DNA of 40,035 bases. Origin: Octopus bimaculoides. Taxonomy: Eukaryota. Made by a program: the position numbers and the translations under genes. How positions within the stretch are numbered: the stretch's first letter is position 1; each line of letters opens with the position of its first letter. The notes beneath the pieces are model-generated. The model ran no database searches and was not told the DNA's origin. It worked only from the letters and a program-made list of their open reading frames with translations. Positions 11,011-22,993 of the stretch are shown piece after piece. The stretch spans positions 12,839,299-12,879,333 of the forward strand of contig NC_068981.1 in NCBI RefSeq assembly GCF_001194135.2. Reading direction: 5' to 3'.

Positions 11011-13669
11011 TTAGAGCATGCAATATTTGAGTAAAATTACTTTCAAAGATTTTCTTCACTTTATAGGATAGTTAGAACAATTATTTTTACTATATACAAA
11101 TATGGGATGGATATAATTACTACTTACGAAAAAATATTTGATTGAATAATAGATGAAACTGAGTGTATCGTTCCCCTCAAAATTTTTACACTGCACTGAA
11201 AACTGAGGCATCAGGGTTGCTAATACACACCAGCCAGTAGGTGTAATATTTGAAAGATGACTAACTAAAGATATCTCAGAACAATACAGGTGTTGTGTTG
11301 TAGAAATATGATGAATTATGTTTCTGGTCTTAAACAAAGTACCATGGACGCAGATGGGGTAAATTTGCAGTGTACGTTGAAAGTAACTACAGTCTCACAT
11401 TTTGGAAGTCAAAGTTATGGTTCTTCCTTATCATTTTCTGTGTCCTTTCAAGTTCCGATCCTCAGCAAGGCACTCTGACATCATCACAGGATATTACGAT
11501 AAAAGCATGCTGTATCGATCACTATATTACTTTGCAGAGAATCCTTTGTGTTGTCGTGGTTATCGTTTTGCAATGAAATCTGTTTAACAAAACACAATAA
11601 CATTGATTTGTAAGCCGTCATCTTTCCAGAGAACTGAATATTAAAGCTTCATACTGCTTCAGCTAACAAGAAATAATAACGAAACAATCGTTGATGCTAT
11701 ATGATGTGCAATAAACTATCACAACTCACTGGTGGCACCTATATAACATTTCCGTTTCTAAGTTGTCATTTAGCTCTATAAACAAACATGTTCTCTTTGC
11801 GTATGAAAAATGCTTCAGAGCTTAATGTTAAATGGCTAAACATCCTACTCACATATCACATTCTCCTCAAAGATACATTACATTCCCAAAGTCTTTGCGA
11901 ATCAAGTTAATTCTAGCAAACGCAAACAACTATCTGTTACTGAAAGACAGTTAAGATTTAATAGAAGTAATATTCATCGCCCCCAGACGATACTGCTATT
12001 TTAACCTCAGGGGAACACCTCTTCCAGCATGTTATTGAGTGCGCTTCGTACTCAAATATATATTGCAAGCGGGGAGAGAAATCCTTACTATTCTAGCTCG
12101 AATACTCCCTGATCCCATGACTGTGACCTCATTTCGGTCATCATCAGTGGTGGATACTCGTCTGCTAGACATAGCAGTAATACAGATTTTCTGAAGATTT
12201 AATACATTTATATCTAATCTGAAAGAAGAACTCAATGTGTTCGTTGGAAGTTACGGAACTTGAAACTCGATGGAGAGTAGACATGTGCACCATTTACTGC
12301 TGTTCTTTTTCTTCACTTCACGAACATATTGCATAAATATAATGTAGATATTCGTCTCAACACATAGCATTCACTAAATATCTATCGAAATCTTTGCGCC
12401 CTAGCAACAAAACAAAGCACTTTCAAGGCACCAACCACTTGATGCTCTACACAGGTATCCAGTTACGAAGTAAAAGCGATTATCATGGAGGAAGAATAAA
12501 AGTATTTGTTGTTATCGTTTGCCATATATCTCAGGATTCGTATGTAGCGGATAATGTTATGTTTCTTTCCCTCTTTTTAACGTTTCCTTGTCTTTCTTCA
12601 GAAGCTGAAGGGGTCTTATTAGTATGCCCACTGCATGATATGTCGAACAAATAGCTCCATAAATTTATGATTTCGCGAATACCTTCCATAGATAATGTAA
12701 TAGTGATACGATTAAACTGCAAGTTAGATTTCAGATTGTCACTTTGATTTAAGATTATTTCATTGTATGTAATTATCAGGGCAATAATCTCATTAAAACA
12801 AAGGTCACGTGCTGTGTTGATATTATTTCAAAAATCATTAAAAAAATTGTGTTTCATAGGGAAATGTAAAATTATTAGTCATACCAATCTATCCTATCAT
12901 AGTTGCTATTGTTGCTTTTATTACCTGGTTATCCCTCATCAAACAGTTCCGCATTTGAAACCAATTTTACTCCACCCGTATATTTTTTTATATACAGACA
13001 TACAATTTTCATAATTTCTTTTCATGTCTAAAACGGTAGGATGCCGCTGCTATTTCTAGGATGCTGCTGCTATTGTGCAGACCAACTGGAAATAACACAT
13101 CATCTAATTGGCTTTCTACTTCCATACAAAAACACAGTCGAAGTTTATACTTTCCATGTGATTTTGTCGTTCTGTGTGTCACCAATATTGTATGGTTTGC
13201 AGTTGTTGTGTATTGTTTTGGTGGAGCGTTATATTTGAACATAATCTATAATCTCCCTGTAGGGATACTTTATGATACAATGCTTAAGTGTACATAGAAC
13301 ATACTGCTGACAGCCGACTGATTGTTTCCAGAAAATGCTTAGCTTATTTTCATTAGTTCTAGGAATAACTTAATGATATGCTACCCAACGCAATTGCTTC
13401 CTACTTTTAAATGACATGCGACAGTTAGCCATCGGTGACATGTCATGAATAATGAAGTAAAATTGTTTCGCCACATAAGATGTATTAATGGTGAAACTGA
13501 AACTTGTTCTACGGCAACAATGCTGATGTTTCAAACAAAAACGCATTCATACAGTGCCGTCGATATTCTGTTTTACTGAGCGTACATTTCAGCATTGGAA
13601 AAATGTACAACAGATTTAATTAAATGAATTTCTCATTAACAAACTGTTTATTTCTTCCTACATAAATAT

Positions 13670-13877
13670 CGTATGCAGACAATTCGCCAACAGACAATTC
13701 ACACACGGTCTCAGACTCAACATCAAGTCTCTGGAGGAGGTTGTGCTGATCTGGATCAAGGTGGTGGCTGCTGGAACACCCTATATCTGGCAACAGGATT
13801 CTGCACCATACTACACAAGTGTCCTCTCTGTAAGTTGTCTGCCGGCCAACGGTCTGTTGACGAATTGTCCATCTACC
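13670..13877. mobile_element. 208-bp non-autonomous TIR element with 9-bp TSD (Mutator/MULE-like) carrying a Tc1 transposase fragment
   Basis: Direct repeat CATAAATAT at 13661-13669 and 13878-13886. Inverted repeats GACAATTCGCCAACAGAC (13678-13695) and GTCTGTTGACGAATTGTC (13852-13869) match at 17/18. The interior encodes HGLRLN...LEEVVLIWIKVVAAGTPYIWQQDSAPYYTS on the plus strand (Tc1/IS630 QQDSAP motif). Confidence 0.7.
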
Positions 13878-16329
13878 CATAAATATATTTTGAACCTTGT
13901 ATGTGAATGTTCAGACGTCTTCCTATGGTCATTGATTTCAAATTTCACGAATCACGTCATATTTTCTAGTTAATGATAGTTTTGAAATTAATAATCGTTG
14001 TGACTCACCTCTTACTCAATTAAGTAGCTTGTTTCTGATTTTTAATCCCTATGATGGTGCAATCATCTGTTGGAATAAATTTCCGACGTAAAAGAAAATC
14101 TGATATACAGATATATCTTTTGAAGTAGTAGAGTAATTTAACGAATTGCAAAACTAACGAGAAACAGTAGTTTTGTAGCTTGAAGTAAGTTGATCCAACT
14201 CTATATACTCTGCTCATTATCAATGGAAATATCATAGTATTTATCATTAACGACATTGTTGTGAACATCGCTTTAACGACTGTCTTTCAATGATTGCATT
14301 ACATTAGACTGGATGGCCGCAAGCATCATATCACCACTCTCCGTTAACAACTAATATCTCACCACGGTCAGTGTATTTATTTCTTCACCTTTGCCAGTTA
14401 CTTTCCTGAGACAAATAATGATACCTTTCATATAACACAAATCGCATATCATAATTATATATTCGTGGAAAGGAAATCCAATGATTTCGATACTCAGCCA
14501 CATTTTCAAGTCGCTTCCTTCATTAACATGACCATAACCAGGTCTTTCTTCTCCTCGGCGTTAGTGAGTTTAATATAACATCACATGATGATAATTGCAT
14601 AGAGTTAGGGTTTTCTCTTAGTATAATTTATTCGTTTCAGTCATTTCCTTCTCTTTCTGGAAGAAATCCTTTGGCGTCACACCTGGAAAATGATGGACTT
14701 CTCCAGGTCAAAACAACCCAACAAAAATAGTATAGCACGACGGCACCCTTCCCTGTCTGTCAAAGAGTTGAATACACACGATGTGTTATGGCTTAATAAA
14801 CCTTGTTGTTGGAGGTGCATAATGTACCAAAATAAAATTTTGAAATGTATACATTAGTGATTATCGATCGAATAGTAAAAGCGAATAGAGCAGTAGCAAA
14901 ATCTACAGGTAGTGATGTATTGGAAACTTGCAAGCTGAAATTAGCTGGGTAATTATGTATGTGAAATTAGCTATTTAATTAAATACACAATGCACATTTC
15001 CAGTTAGAATTAAAACTGAATTAAATGCTGATGAGTAAGAGAGAAGTGTATGACGAGAAATGGTTATGTAAATAGCATATAACACTTCCCAGAAAGAGCG
15101 AGACGATAATGGGAATTTGATTTAAACATAGCAACTTTTATGTTTTCTCATCAGAGAGAGGAAGGTTGAATTCATGATTCCTTAATTTCCTGAATCCGAG
15201 GTATCGGCAGATGAAAGTGGGGTTATCTTCAAAACATAGACCTTGATTGAATACTTGTAGCATAAAGAATGCTGCAAATGGAAGGCGAGAGAGAGTGGGC
15301 AAGGACTAAACATGAAGAAATTAAATACACTAACTGAAAACGCAAAGAGGCAACATCGCAATCAGCACGTCATCGCCCTCTGCTAATATTGCATTTGATA
15401 TGGTATTATGAAATACAAAGTTGATATCAGCGGGATTAGTATCAGAAGGTAGCGGACCGGGAGAAAACCTTAAACTCAATTTGCCCTATACCTATCGATC
15501 TAGAGTATTCAGAGAACTAAAGACGTATATAGTATCAGCTAGTATGTGGCTGATCTACGTATTAAATCTCAAATTGTACAATTACGTAATCCATACTGTG
15601 TAATCCCATACTGCTCTTCCTCTCCTAATATCTCTAGATACAAACGGAATGATAGGGCTAACCTGCCATTGAGTTTAACACGACTGATCATTCCTTGGGT
15701 GACATTCACAAAAGTCACTCTGTGACAAGTCATCGATATTGAAATCTCTTTCCATACATGGCCTGCATATGTGCACTCTGAGTACTGACTACATGAAATT
15801 TGACAGTGTATGTGGTGGGCTGCAATGCAGATATTCATCGCCAATAGTTTTCTGTCATAAACACAAATTTGGTGCATGTAGTATTAGACCTGTTCTATCA
15901 ATTTAATCTGCTCTTAGTTTATACGTGGTTAATCATGATTAAATATATCAAAGTGAAAGTTATTAACGTTTTCAATTGAATCAAATACCAAAACGAATTC
16001 AACTAGATTATGCGAATGTCTACAGTTATTTCCAATATTCTAATATTTCGATAAAATACAGATAAAGAAAACTTATAGCGTGTTGTTGGCAATCAACATT
16101 ATGATAATATTGCGGTTACTGTTACCTCACGGAACACTTGTCATGTAATAATATACTCTTATATTTATAAATCGTGAGTGCAGTTGATCTCACGAGATTG
16201 TCAAATGTATAATCGATATCAATGAACTATTGTATTGTTTTCAATTTCAGTGCTTTAAAGAGTCATCGATCCAGTTAAGAGTTCGTATAAAACTAACTTC
16301 AACACCAATATAATCATTATTTATACTAT

Positions 16330-16717
16330 TTACATTGGACGGATATTTGTCCTCATCTTGTTTGTTGTCAGTACAACGTTTAGGCTAATATACCTTCCAG
16401 CCTTTATCAGGTGTCTTGGGGAAATACTGAATCTGGGTTCTCATTCTTAAGGTATTTTTCGATGTTGTTATTATCATTTTTATGTTGTCTTTATTTTTCT
16501 TCTTCAAATTTTCTTCCATTTCTCGCCGAGTGTTTTCCGTACACCTAGGGCAGAGAAACTCATTGTAGGTATTCCCAGTTTACACACGCAAATTCACAAG
16601 TACAATATGTATTTTAAAAAAAATTATCAATTGAAAAAATATTATTATTAAGGTCACTGCCTGGAATAGAACTCTGAATCTTGGGGTTAGTAGCCCGCGC
16701 TCTTAACCACTACGCTA
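16330..16717 (-). mobile_element. Hammerhead SINE copy 2 (degenerate ribozyme; about 155-bp insert in the internal microsatellite)
   Basis: Aligns to copy 1 body (16330-16470) and head (16650-16717). The ribozyme at 16370-16415 is mutated (CTGATAA; TAAA instead of GAAA). Confidence 0.85.
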
Positions 16718-16733
16718 TATACCCACGGACATT

Positions 16734-16998
<265 letters not shown>

Positions 16999-17459
16999 TA
17001 TACATAATTCCTCATCTCTTAAAAATAGATCGCTATTAACAAATATTATGTTGCCATTGAAATTTCACGCAAAATATATTGTTTTCAGTTTCCTCATATA
17101 AGGCTTATTGAATCAATGATATATTTTTCAAATTATAAATTAAATAAATAATTACTGTTGTACATTTAGAGTGGCAATCAGCTGTTTGCTGCATGACATA
17201 ATGATGTCTAATACGATTAAATCAAGTTTTTTAGGATATTCGTTTTTTCTTTCAGCACACCTATTGTTACTCATATGGTTTTCGATATTAATATTCAGGG
17301 TGTTTACGCATGTAGCTCTCATATTCCTTTCCTCCATTCGTACATATCATAGATAATCCGAACAGATGTTCATTGACTTTTTTAAATAGATGCATTCCTT
17401 ACTTCACATGACTCTTTCCAGATGTGTGATTGCAAGAAATATTCACGTCACACTTGATG

Positions 17460-17830
17460 TATCATTGACCAAATAGTTCGTTAGGTTTTCTTCAGCGAAA
17501 ATAAACATAAGTTTTAAACACAAATTGATGTATTCAATCAGTGGTATAATTCCTGTTTCGTTCCAGTATCTTCTGCCACCTTGAGGGAAGATCCATTATT
17601 CACTGCTCAAAGAATTTCCTGTTTTTAGTGGTGAAAAACTATTCTAGACGAATTTTACATCTTCTCCAAAGTTGAGAGTCTGCACATTAAATAAATTTCC
17701 AAGAGATTGAAACAGTCAGAAATCTGAAGGTGCAAGTTGAAGCTAATATGCAGTGTGCGGCAAAACTTTCCACTCAACCACAATAATATCTTCTTCATAC
17801 ACCGTGCGTACGTCCTGCATTCAATTTCTA
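17460..17830 (-). mobile_element. Mariner transposase 3' relic
   Basis: WKVLPHTAY*LQLAPSDF*LFQSLGN...IMDLPSRWQKILERNRNY, a degenerate HPPYSPDLAPSDF motif and mariner C-terminus. Confidence 0.85.
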
Positions 17831-17868
17831 GACTTTTTCTAAAGGTAAAAAGCCTGAAGAGACGATAT

Positions 17869-18340
17869 TACGATCGAGTACCCAAAAGAAAACGCAATTA
17901 ACGTTTTTACATGTTTACAGTTATACCGCCTTCAAAGTATTCTCCATTTGAAGCAAAGCATCGATCCAGGCGTGTTTTCCACTCTTCGAAGGAGTACTGG
18001 GACTCTTGTGAAGTGATGTCTTTTAACGCCTCTGTGTTTTTTTCCTTCATCTCTTTCACATCTGCAAAACGTTTTGCTTTAAGGAACTTTTACATTCGGA
18101 GAATAAAAATGTGGCAGAGAACAAAACTCGGTGAGTAAGGTGGGTGGGTAAGCGGTGCCATGGAACTTTTGGTCTAAGACTGTCTCACACCGAAGGCAGT
18201 GTGTGCAGGCACATTGTCGTGATGAAACCTCTACTCTCCACTGGTCGGGGAGTTTTCATCTCGTTGTGTCTCGGAAATTCTTCAGAACCAACAAGTAAAT
18301 ATGTACTGTGATTGATGATGTATTCACCCAGATATAATAC
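17869..18340 (-). mobile_element. Second mariner relic (different subfamily) with 3' TIR
   Basis: HHDNVPAHTAFGVRQ...THPPYSP...KAKRFADVKEMKEK...EEWKTRLDRCFASNGEYFEG. TIR-like tacgatcgagtacccaaaagaaacg at 17869-17893. Confidence 0.88.
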
Positions 18341-18692
18341 ATTTTGGGTGACGAAATATTTCGTGAGTGACATACATCTGTCTTTCATTTAAAGATAATT
18401 TCTTTTACTACTTGCTGTTTGTAAAATGACAAGAGTCATGAGATACACTTTTGAGGAGGACTGTTAAAAGATCAATTTTAAAGATATTTTCATCTGGTTC
18501 TCGTTTATTTCACTAAGTTTGATAACAATTAAAAATAAATTATAGAAGTAGAAAAATATATTCTTCAACGCGTAAATACTGAAAGAGCGGCATATAAAGG
18601 ATATGTTTGTTTACATATGACTTAATCTATATGGCATCTAGCGTTTCTGGATGACATTATAACTTCTAAAATTGCAAAAGAATTTGTCGGTC

Positions 18693-18766
18693 GGGGGTTT
18701 AGCTTAAATGTAGAGCAATCCGACCGGATATTGGAGGGGTGTGAGTTCGATCCTCATGGCTGGTTG
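18693..18766 (+). pseudogene. tRNA-like unit (tRNA pseudogene or SINE head)
   Basis: D arm GCTT/GAGC, anticodon arm TCCGA-CCGGATA-TTGGA, T arm GTGAG-TTCGATC-CTCAT, A and B boxes. The acceptor stem does not pair. TTTT at 18776-18779 could be a Pol III terminator. Confidence 0.55.
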
Positions 18767-18789
18767 CCGACAAACTTTTATGCTCTAAA

Positions 18790-19850
18790 GAAATGTATTT
18801 TATCCTATATATGTTCATCTGACAGTATTTAGACGTTGAACAATATGTCTTTCTACTTGTTCTACAATTAAATATAAATACATTGGAGTAAACACCCTTT
18901 GTCAATAAATAAAGACGTGAGAAAACATACGTAGGGAAGGCAGCCAAGAAACTCCAACGGACAAAACAAAACGTGCTACTTGGGAGTCTGGAATGGGAAA
19001 CGGTTGATTCTGAAGCTCGATGGCAACAAAACATGGGGAGGGCACATGGAAAGAAACTGAAGAGAATAGAGCAGGAGCAAGTACGAGCAGGCAATCAGAT
19101 CGGTGGAATTGCAGAAACAAGGTGCTTGGACGATGTGGAGACTAGGAATGTGTGGTATGTCTCCTGGGAGAATAACTGACAGTAGGACCAACTGGGAAAC
19201 AAGTGTTTAGATCGGTTCGTCTAGAATATCCTCCACAGGCCGTCTGATGTATTTTTATTGGGCTCAGGTAACATATTTGCAAGCCTTTTTATTCTTAAAT
19301 ATATACCCGTGTGCACATCTGAAACATATGGTCCAAGCCATTGACTGAAGAACGCTATCTGTGGTGACACAATGTGATGCCCATGACCGTCACTATGACA
19401 ATGAACAAAAAGATCAATGACAGCCAAAGTAGCAAACCTACAGACAGAAGTAATATTTTGTTAAATAGAGCGATAAGCCAGTGGAGAAATTCTAGAGAAG
19501 TACCGAAGGATGACGTTTCACTGCATAGAACTGGGTATTGAGATGGAGAATCGGCTACAGCTTCCAGGGCATATCAGCCAGACTTTACTGAGACCAGATG
19601 TCTTGCTAGTCCTTCTAGGGTTAACTGTGTTCTTCTGAGGAGAAAGTATGGAGGAGGCTCAAGAGAGAAAGGGGACCAAGTATCAGGAATTATTAGATTA
19701 CCGCAAGGATGTATTGAGAGGAAGCTTTTCTGTCAGTGGAGATTGGCAGTCGGGAGCTTGTGGGTCGTACTATGAATGACACATTCAGGACTATGGATAT
19801 TTCATGAGCTTGCATCGGGAATAATGGCAGAATCGTCTCGATATATCTCT
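18790..19850 (+). mobile_element. HERO-like non-LTR retrotransposon relic (restriction-like endonuclease clade), 5'-truncated
   Basis: Frameshifted motifs GRAHGKKLKRIEQEQVRA, QKQGAWTMW, EERYLW*HN, LQLPGHISQTLLRPDVLLV..LTV, MEEAQERKGTKYQEL and VEIGSRELVG. These match the recalled HERO post-RT, CCHC and PD..E..RKxxKY RLE regions. Confidence 0.8.
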
Positions 19851-20067
19851 AATTGAATAAATGAGTTGACCCGATGTAAATCAGCCAATGTCCGTACGCC
19901 TGGTTGAGGGTGCATGTTGTAAGATACGAAACAGCTAATGACTGCATGATACACCACTGATAATAATGTATCCGAGCAATGCAGCTGCAGATATATGTAC
20001 AGCTTTGTAAATACATGCATATGCACACACATATTTCTATATCTAGCGAGATACATACATACACATT

Positions 20068-20103
<36 letters not shown>

Positions 20104-22393
20104 TATATNNNNNNNNNNNNNNNNNNNNNNNNNNNNNNNNNNNNNNNNNNNNNNNNNNNNNNNNNNNNNNNNNNNNNNNNNNNNNNNNNNNNNNNNNNNN
20201 NNNNNNNNNNNNNNNNNNNNNNNNNNNNNNNNNNNNNNNNNNNNNNNNNNNNNNNNNNNNNNNNNNNNNNNNNNNNNNNNNNNNNNNNNNNNNNNNNNNN
20301 NNNNNNNNNNNNNNNNNNNNNNNNNNNNNNNNNNNNNNNNNNNNNNNNNNNNNNNNNNNNNNNNNNNATGTGTGTGTGGGTATGTGTGTGTGTGTGTGTG
20401 TGTATGTGTGTGTGTAAAGCAAAAATAATTAATTGATCACTCAATAGGCTTCAATAGAATATTAAACATAATTTTTCAAGGAATATTTACAGAGATTCTT
20501 CAGAACTGTGCCGTTCATATATTTCGTCAAATATGCAACAAAATCAACGATAGGCGGAAATAACAAATTCTCATTATAGATACATATGTGGCTGTATGTT
20601 TTTGCGTTTGCGTATACGTGTGTGTGAGACCATGTCTGTGTGTGTGAGTGTATTTGCGCATATCGATGCTTTTCCGTACCTGTGCGTATGTGTATTTCAC
20701 ATGTCAGAGTACGGTATGTATTTGAATTATATATGATGCTTTAAGTTTATAGACGTTTTAAAAAGCTGTGATATGTCATTGTAACTACTAATGCTCAATG
20801 TATGTTACGTTGCTTAACTTCATATACTTTTATATAATATCTGCTATTCCTCCTTTTTCTTGTCTAACTCCGCGTCTTTTATTGAACATTAACTTTACAC
20901 ACAATATATTCTTCCTTTTATCTTTGAGATGAAGTATTTCATTGAAGCGGATGTGATGTGTCTCCCCTTTTATCCCCAATGCGTTCTTCATTTTCCAATC
21001 TTTTTGCCTTTTCTGTAACAATACAATATTTTCTTTGATAATACTTTATTGAAGCAAAAGTAACGTCCGTCATTTTGGCGACTTCCCTGTCTGACTTTTG
21101 ACCTCTCTATTATCTTGAAACAGACCTTTTAGATTTCGAATAGCGATTGATTTCTCTACTTCCTACAGACGCCATTTTATTTTCTATTATCCAGAGATTT
21201 CTTTCTCTTTTCACATTCCCGTAGCTCTTTCTAGACATAAACATTATTCTGGAAAGTCAATATCATTTTTGTTATATAAAGTTACAATGAATCGCAGAAG
21301 AAAAGCATTTAGTTACAAGGAAGACCATTGATTAAGAAATATATCATTAAATAGAAAAGAAAAAAAATATCTTTCACGAAGTGTGTTACAAAACAATTCA
21401 CAAAGAAGCTAAAGAACATCTTAATGTTTAATAATAAACAAAGGATAGGAAAAAAGCTAACTTTTCCTAAGATTGTCGGTTGAATAACGAATGTGAATCT
21501 TGTTCGAAATTAAAATCCTGTTGAAAACATAGATATATAGCTGAAATATCAAACAGTTTTTTCATAGATGCATTTAATACACTGAAATTGTTTAACATGC
21601 AACCAAATAATTAAACTTATGTTCATGACAACATTTAGAAACCCATGCACAACCGCATGTTCTTGCACACACACACGCACACCTATTCATCATATTAAAG
21701 TGAAGTATCTTCCACAAGCGAATATCATGTAATTTGGTACTAAAATACAGCAAAATTATACACTGTTCGTGCTATAAACATTGCAGGAATACATTAAATT
21801 ACAGCTCTGTAAGAATCTTGTTGCCCTGGGAATAAGTGATAACAGTCACACTCTTTTTGCGATGCTACGTTGTTGGGAATATGTGTGGAGATTTATTATG
21901 GAAAGATTGCGCGTACGTGTGTTCGCCCGTGTATGTGAGTGGGTGTGTGTGCGAGCATGTGTGTGTGTGTGTGTGTGAACGTGTGGATTTGTTTGTGCAT
22001 ATATGGACAAGATAAAGAACCAGCTGTCTTCCGGCAATGGGCATGATAACATGGCTTGATAACACATATGGATTTTAATAAAACATATTGCGCAGCGGTT
22101 TTCTACAGAGATTAAAGAAAGAAATATAGCTGTCTCTTATAGGCTGTAGAATGCAGCATCGCTTCTGAAGATGATGTCCAAATAAAATATTCAATCACAC
22201 TTCCAGACAAAAGCGCAGTATATCTACAATCCTTCTTTTCGCATATCTTTTCTAATCGATGTATTACAAAAGGTCCCAAGTCTTTCTCGTATTTGGCATT
22301 CTATAGCATCACTATTTCATCACTCAATCTATAAGACATTCGATAACCACAGCAAAATGCCTTTGTGATTAAAATTATTTGATATAGATTTCC

Positions 22394-22510
22394 ATGATTT
22401 TAACTTTCTCTATGTCCATTATTTTATTATTTAGCGTATTTGTAGTGAAAGTAGATTCTATAGGACAAACTCGAACATCATACGGCTTCAAAAGAGTAAA
22501 TTTTAACAAA
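22394..22510 (+). CDS. Candidate first coding exon of a secreted protein (unverified)
   Basis: MILTFSMSIILLFSVFVVKVDS-IGQTRTSYGFKRVNFNK ends at a phase-0 donor AAA|GTGAGT. A possible acceptor (tttgatatag) lies 6 nt before the ATG. No downstream exon or homology was recognised. Confidence 0.25.
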
Positions 22511-22993
22511 GTGAGTCTATTGTGCTTCTCAGCATCTCCAGAGATCGATTTCTGTGGGCTGTGTAGAAATGGGGTTTGCTTTTAAATTATGCTCGCAGCA
22601 CCGATCACAGATACAGATTCCAGATATTCAACTGCTCTGTTTAAATGAACCAATTCTAATGTATATAAAGATAAGTGCAATGTGTGATTCGTCGTCTTGC
22701 AAGAAATTCTACAATACAGCTACACACAATATCGTATTACAGCACAAAATAAGATTTTCCAAAACGACTAAGCAAGCATATGCATACACTCTCTCTCAGA
22801 CACAGAGGCACGCGCACGATTACATATATAAATCTGTGTTTGTATATGTATGTATGTATGTATGCATCTAAAATGAATAGAAATGGCTTTTCTTGTGGTG
22901 TTTCCACTTTAATAACTAGTTGCTTGTAAAGAACTAATTATTTAGGTGCAAAAGTTATCAGGAAGCCCATTTCTATTAATTTTTTGCAATATA

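Noticed and set aside
13041-13297. Overlapping hydrophobic ORFs resembling a GPCR TM3 (…LCIVLVERYI) or an MFS/SLC22 helix
   Set aside because: The Cys-to-ERY spacing is 18 rather than the 25 expected for class A GPCRs, the frames end in stops without good donors, and T/G-rich DNA explains the hydrophobicity.
14000-14700. Apparent long minus-strand pseudogene frame
   Set aside because: It contains about 9 stops in about 230 codons, not clearly below chance for this base composition, and has no recognisable motif.
20830-21250. Minus-strand basic frames (IMFMSRKSYGNVKRERN…) that resemble GNVKKRERN at about 12560
   Set aside because: Both are the antisense of plus-strand pyrimidine tracts. The similarity is compositional and the frames are broken by stops.
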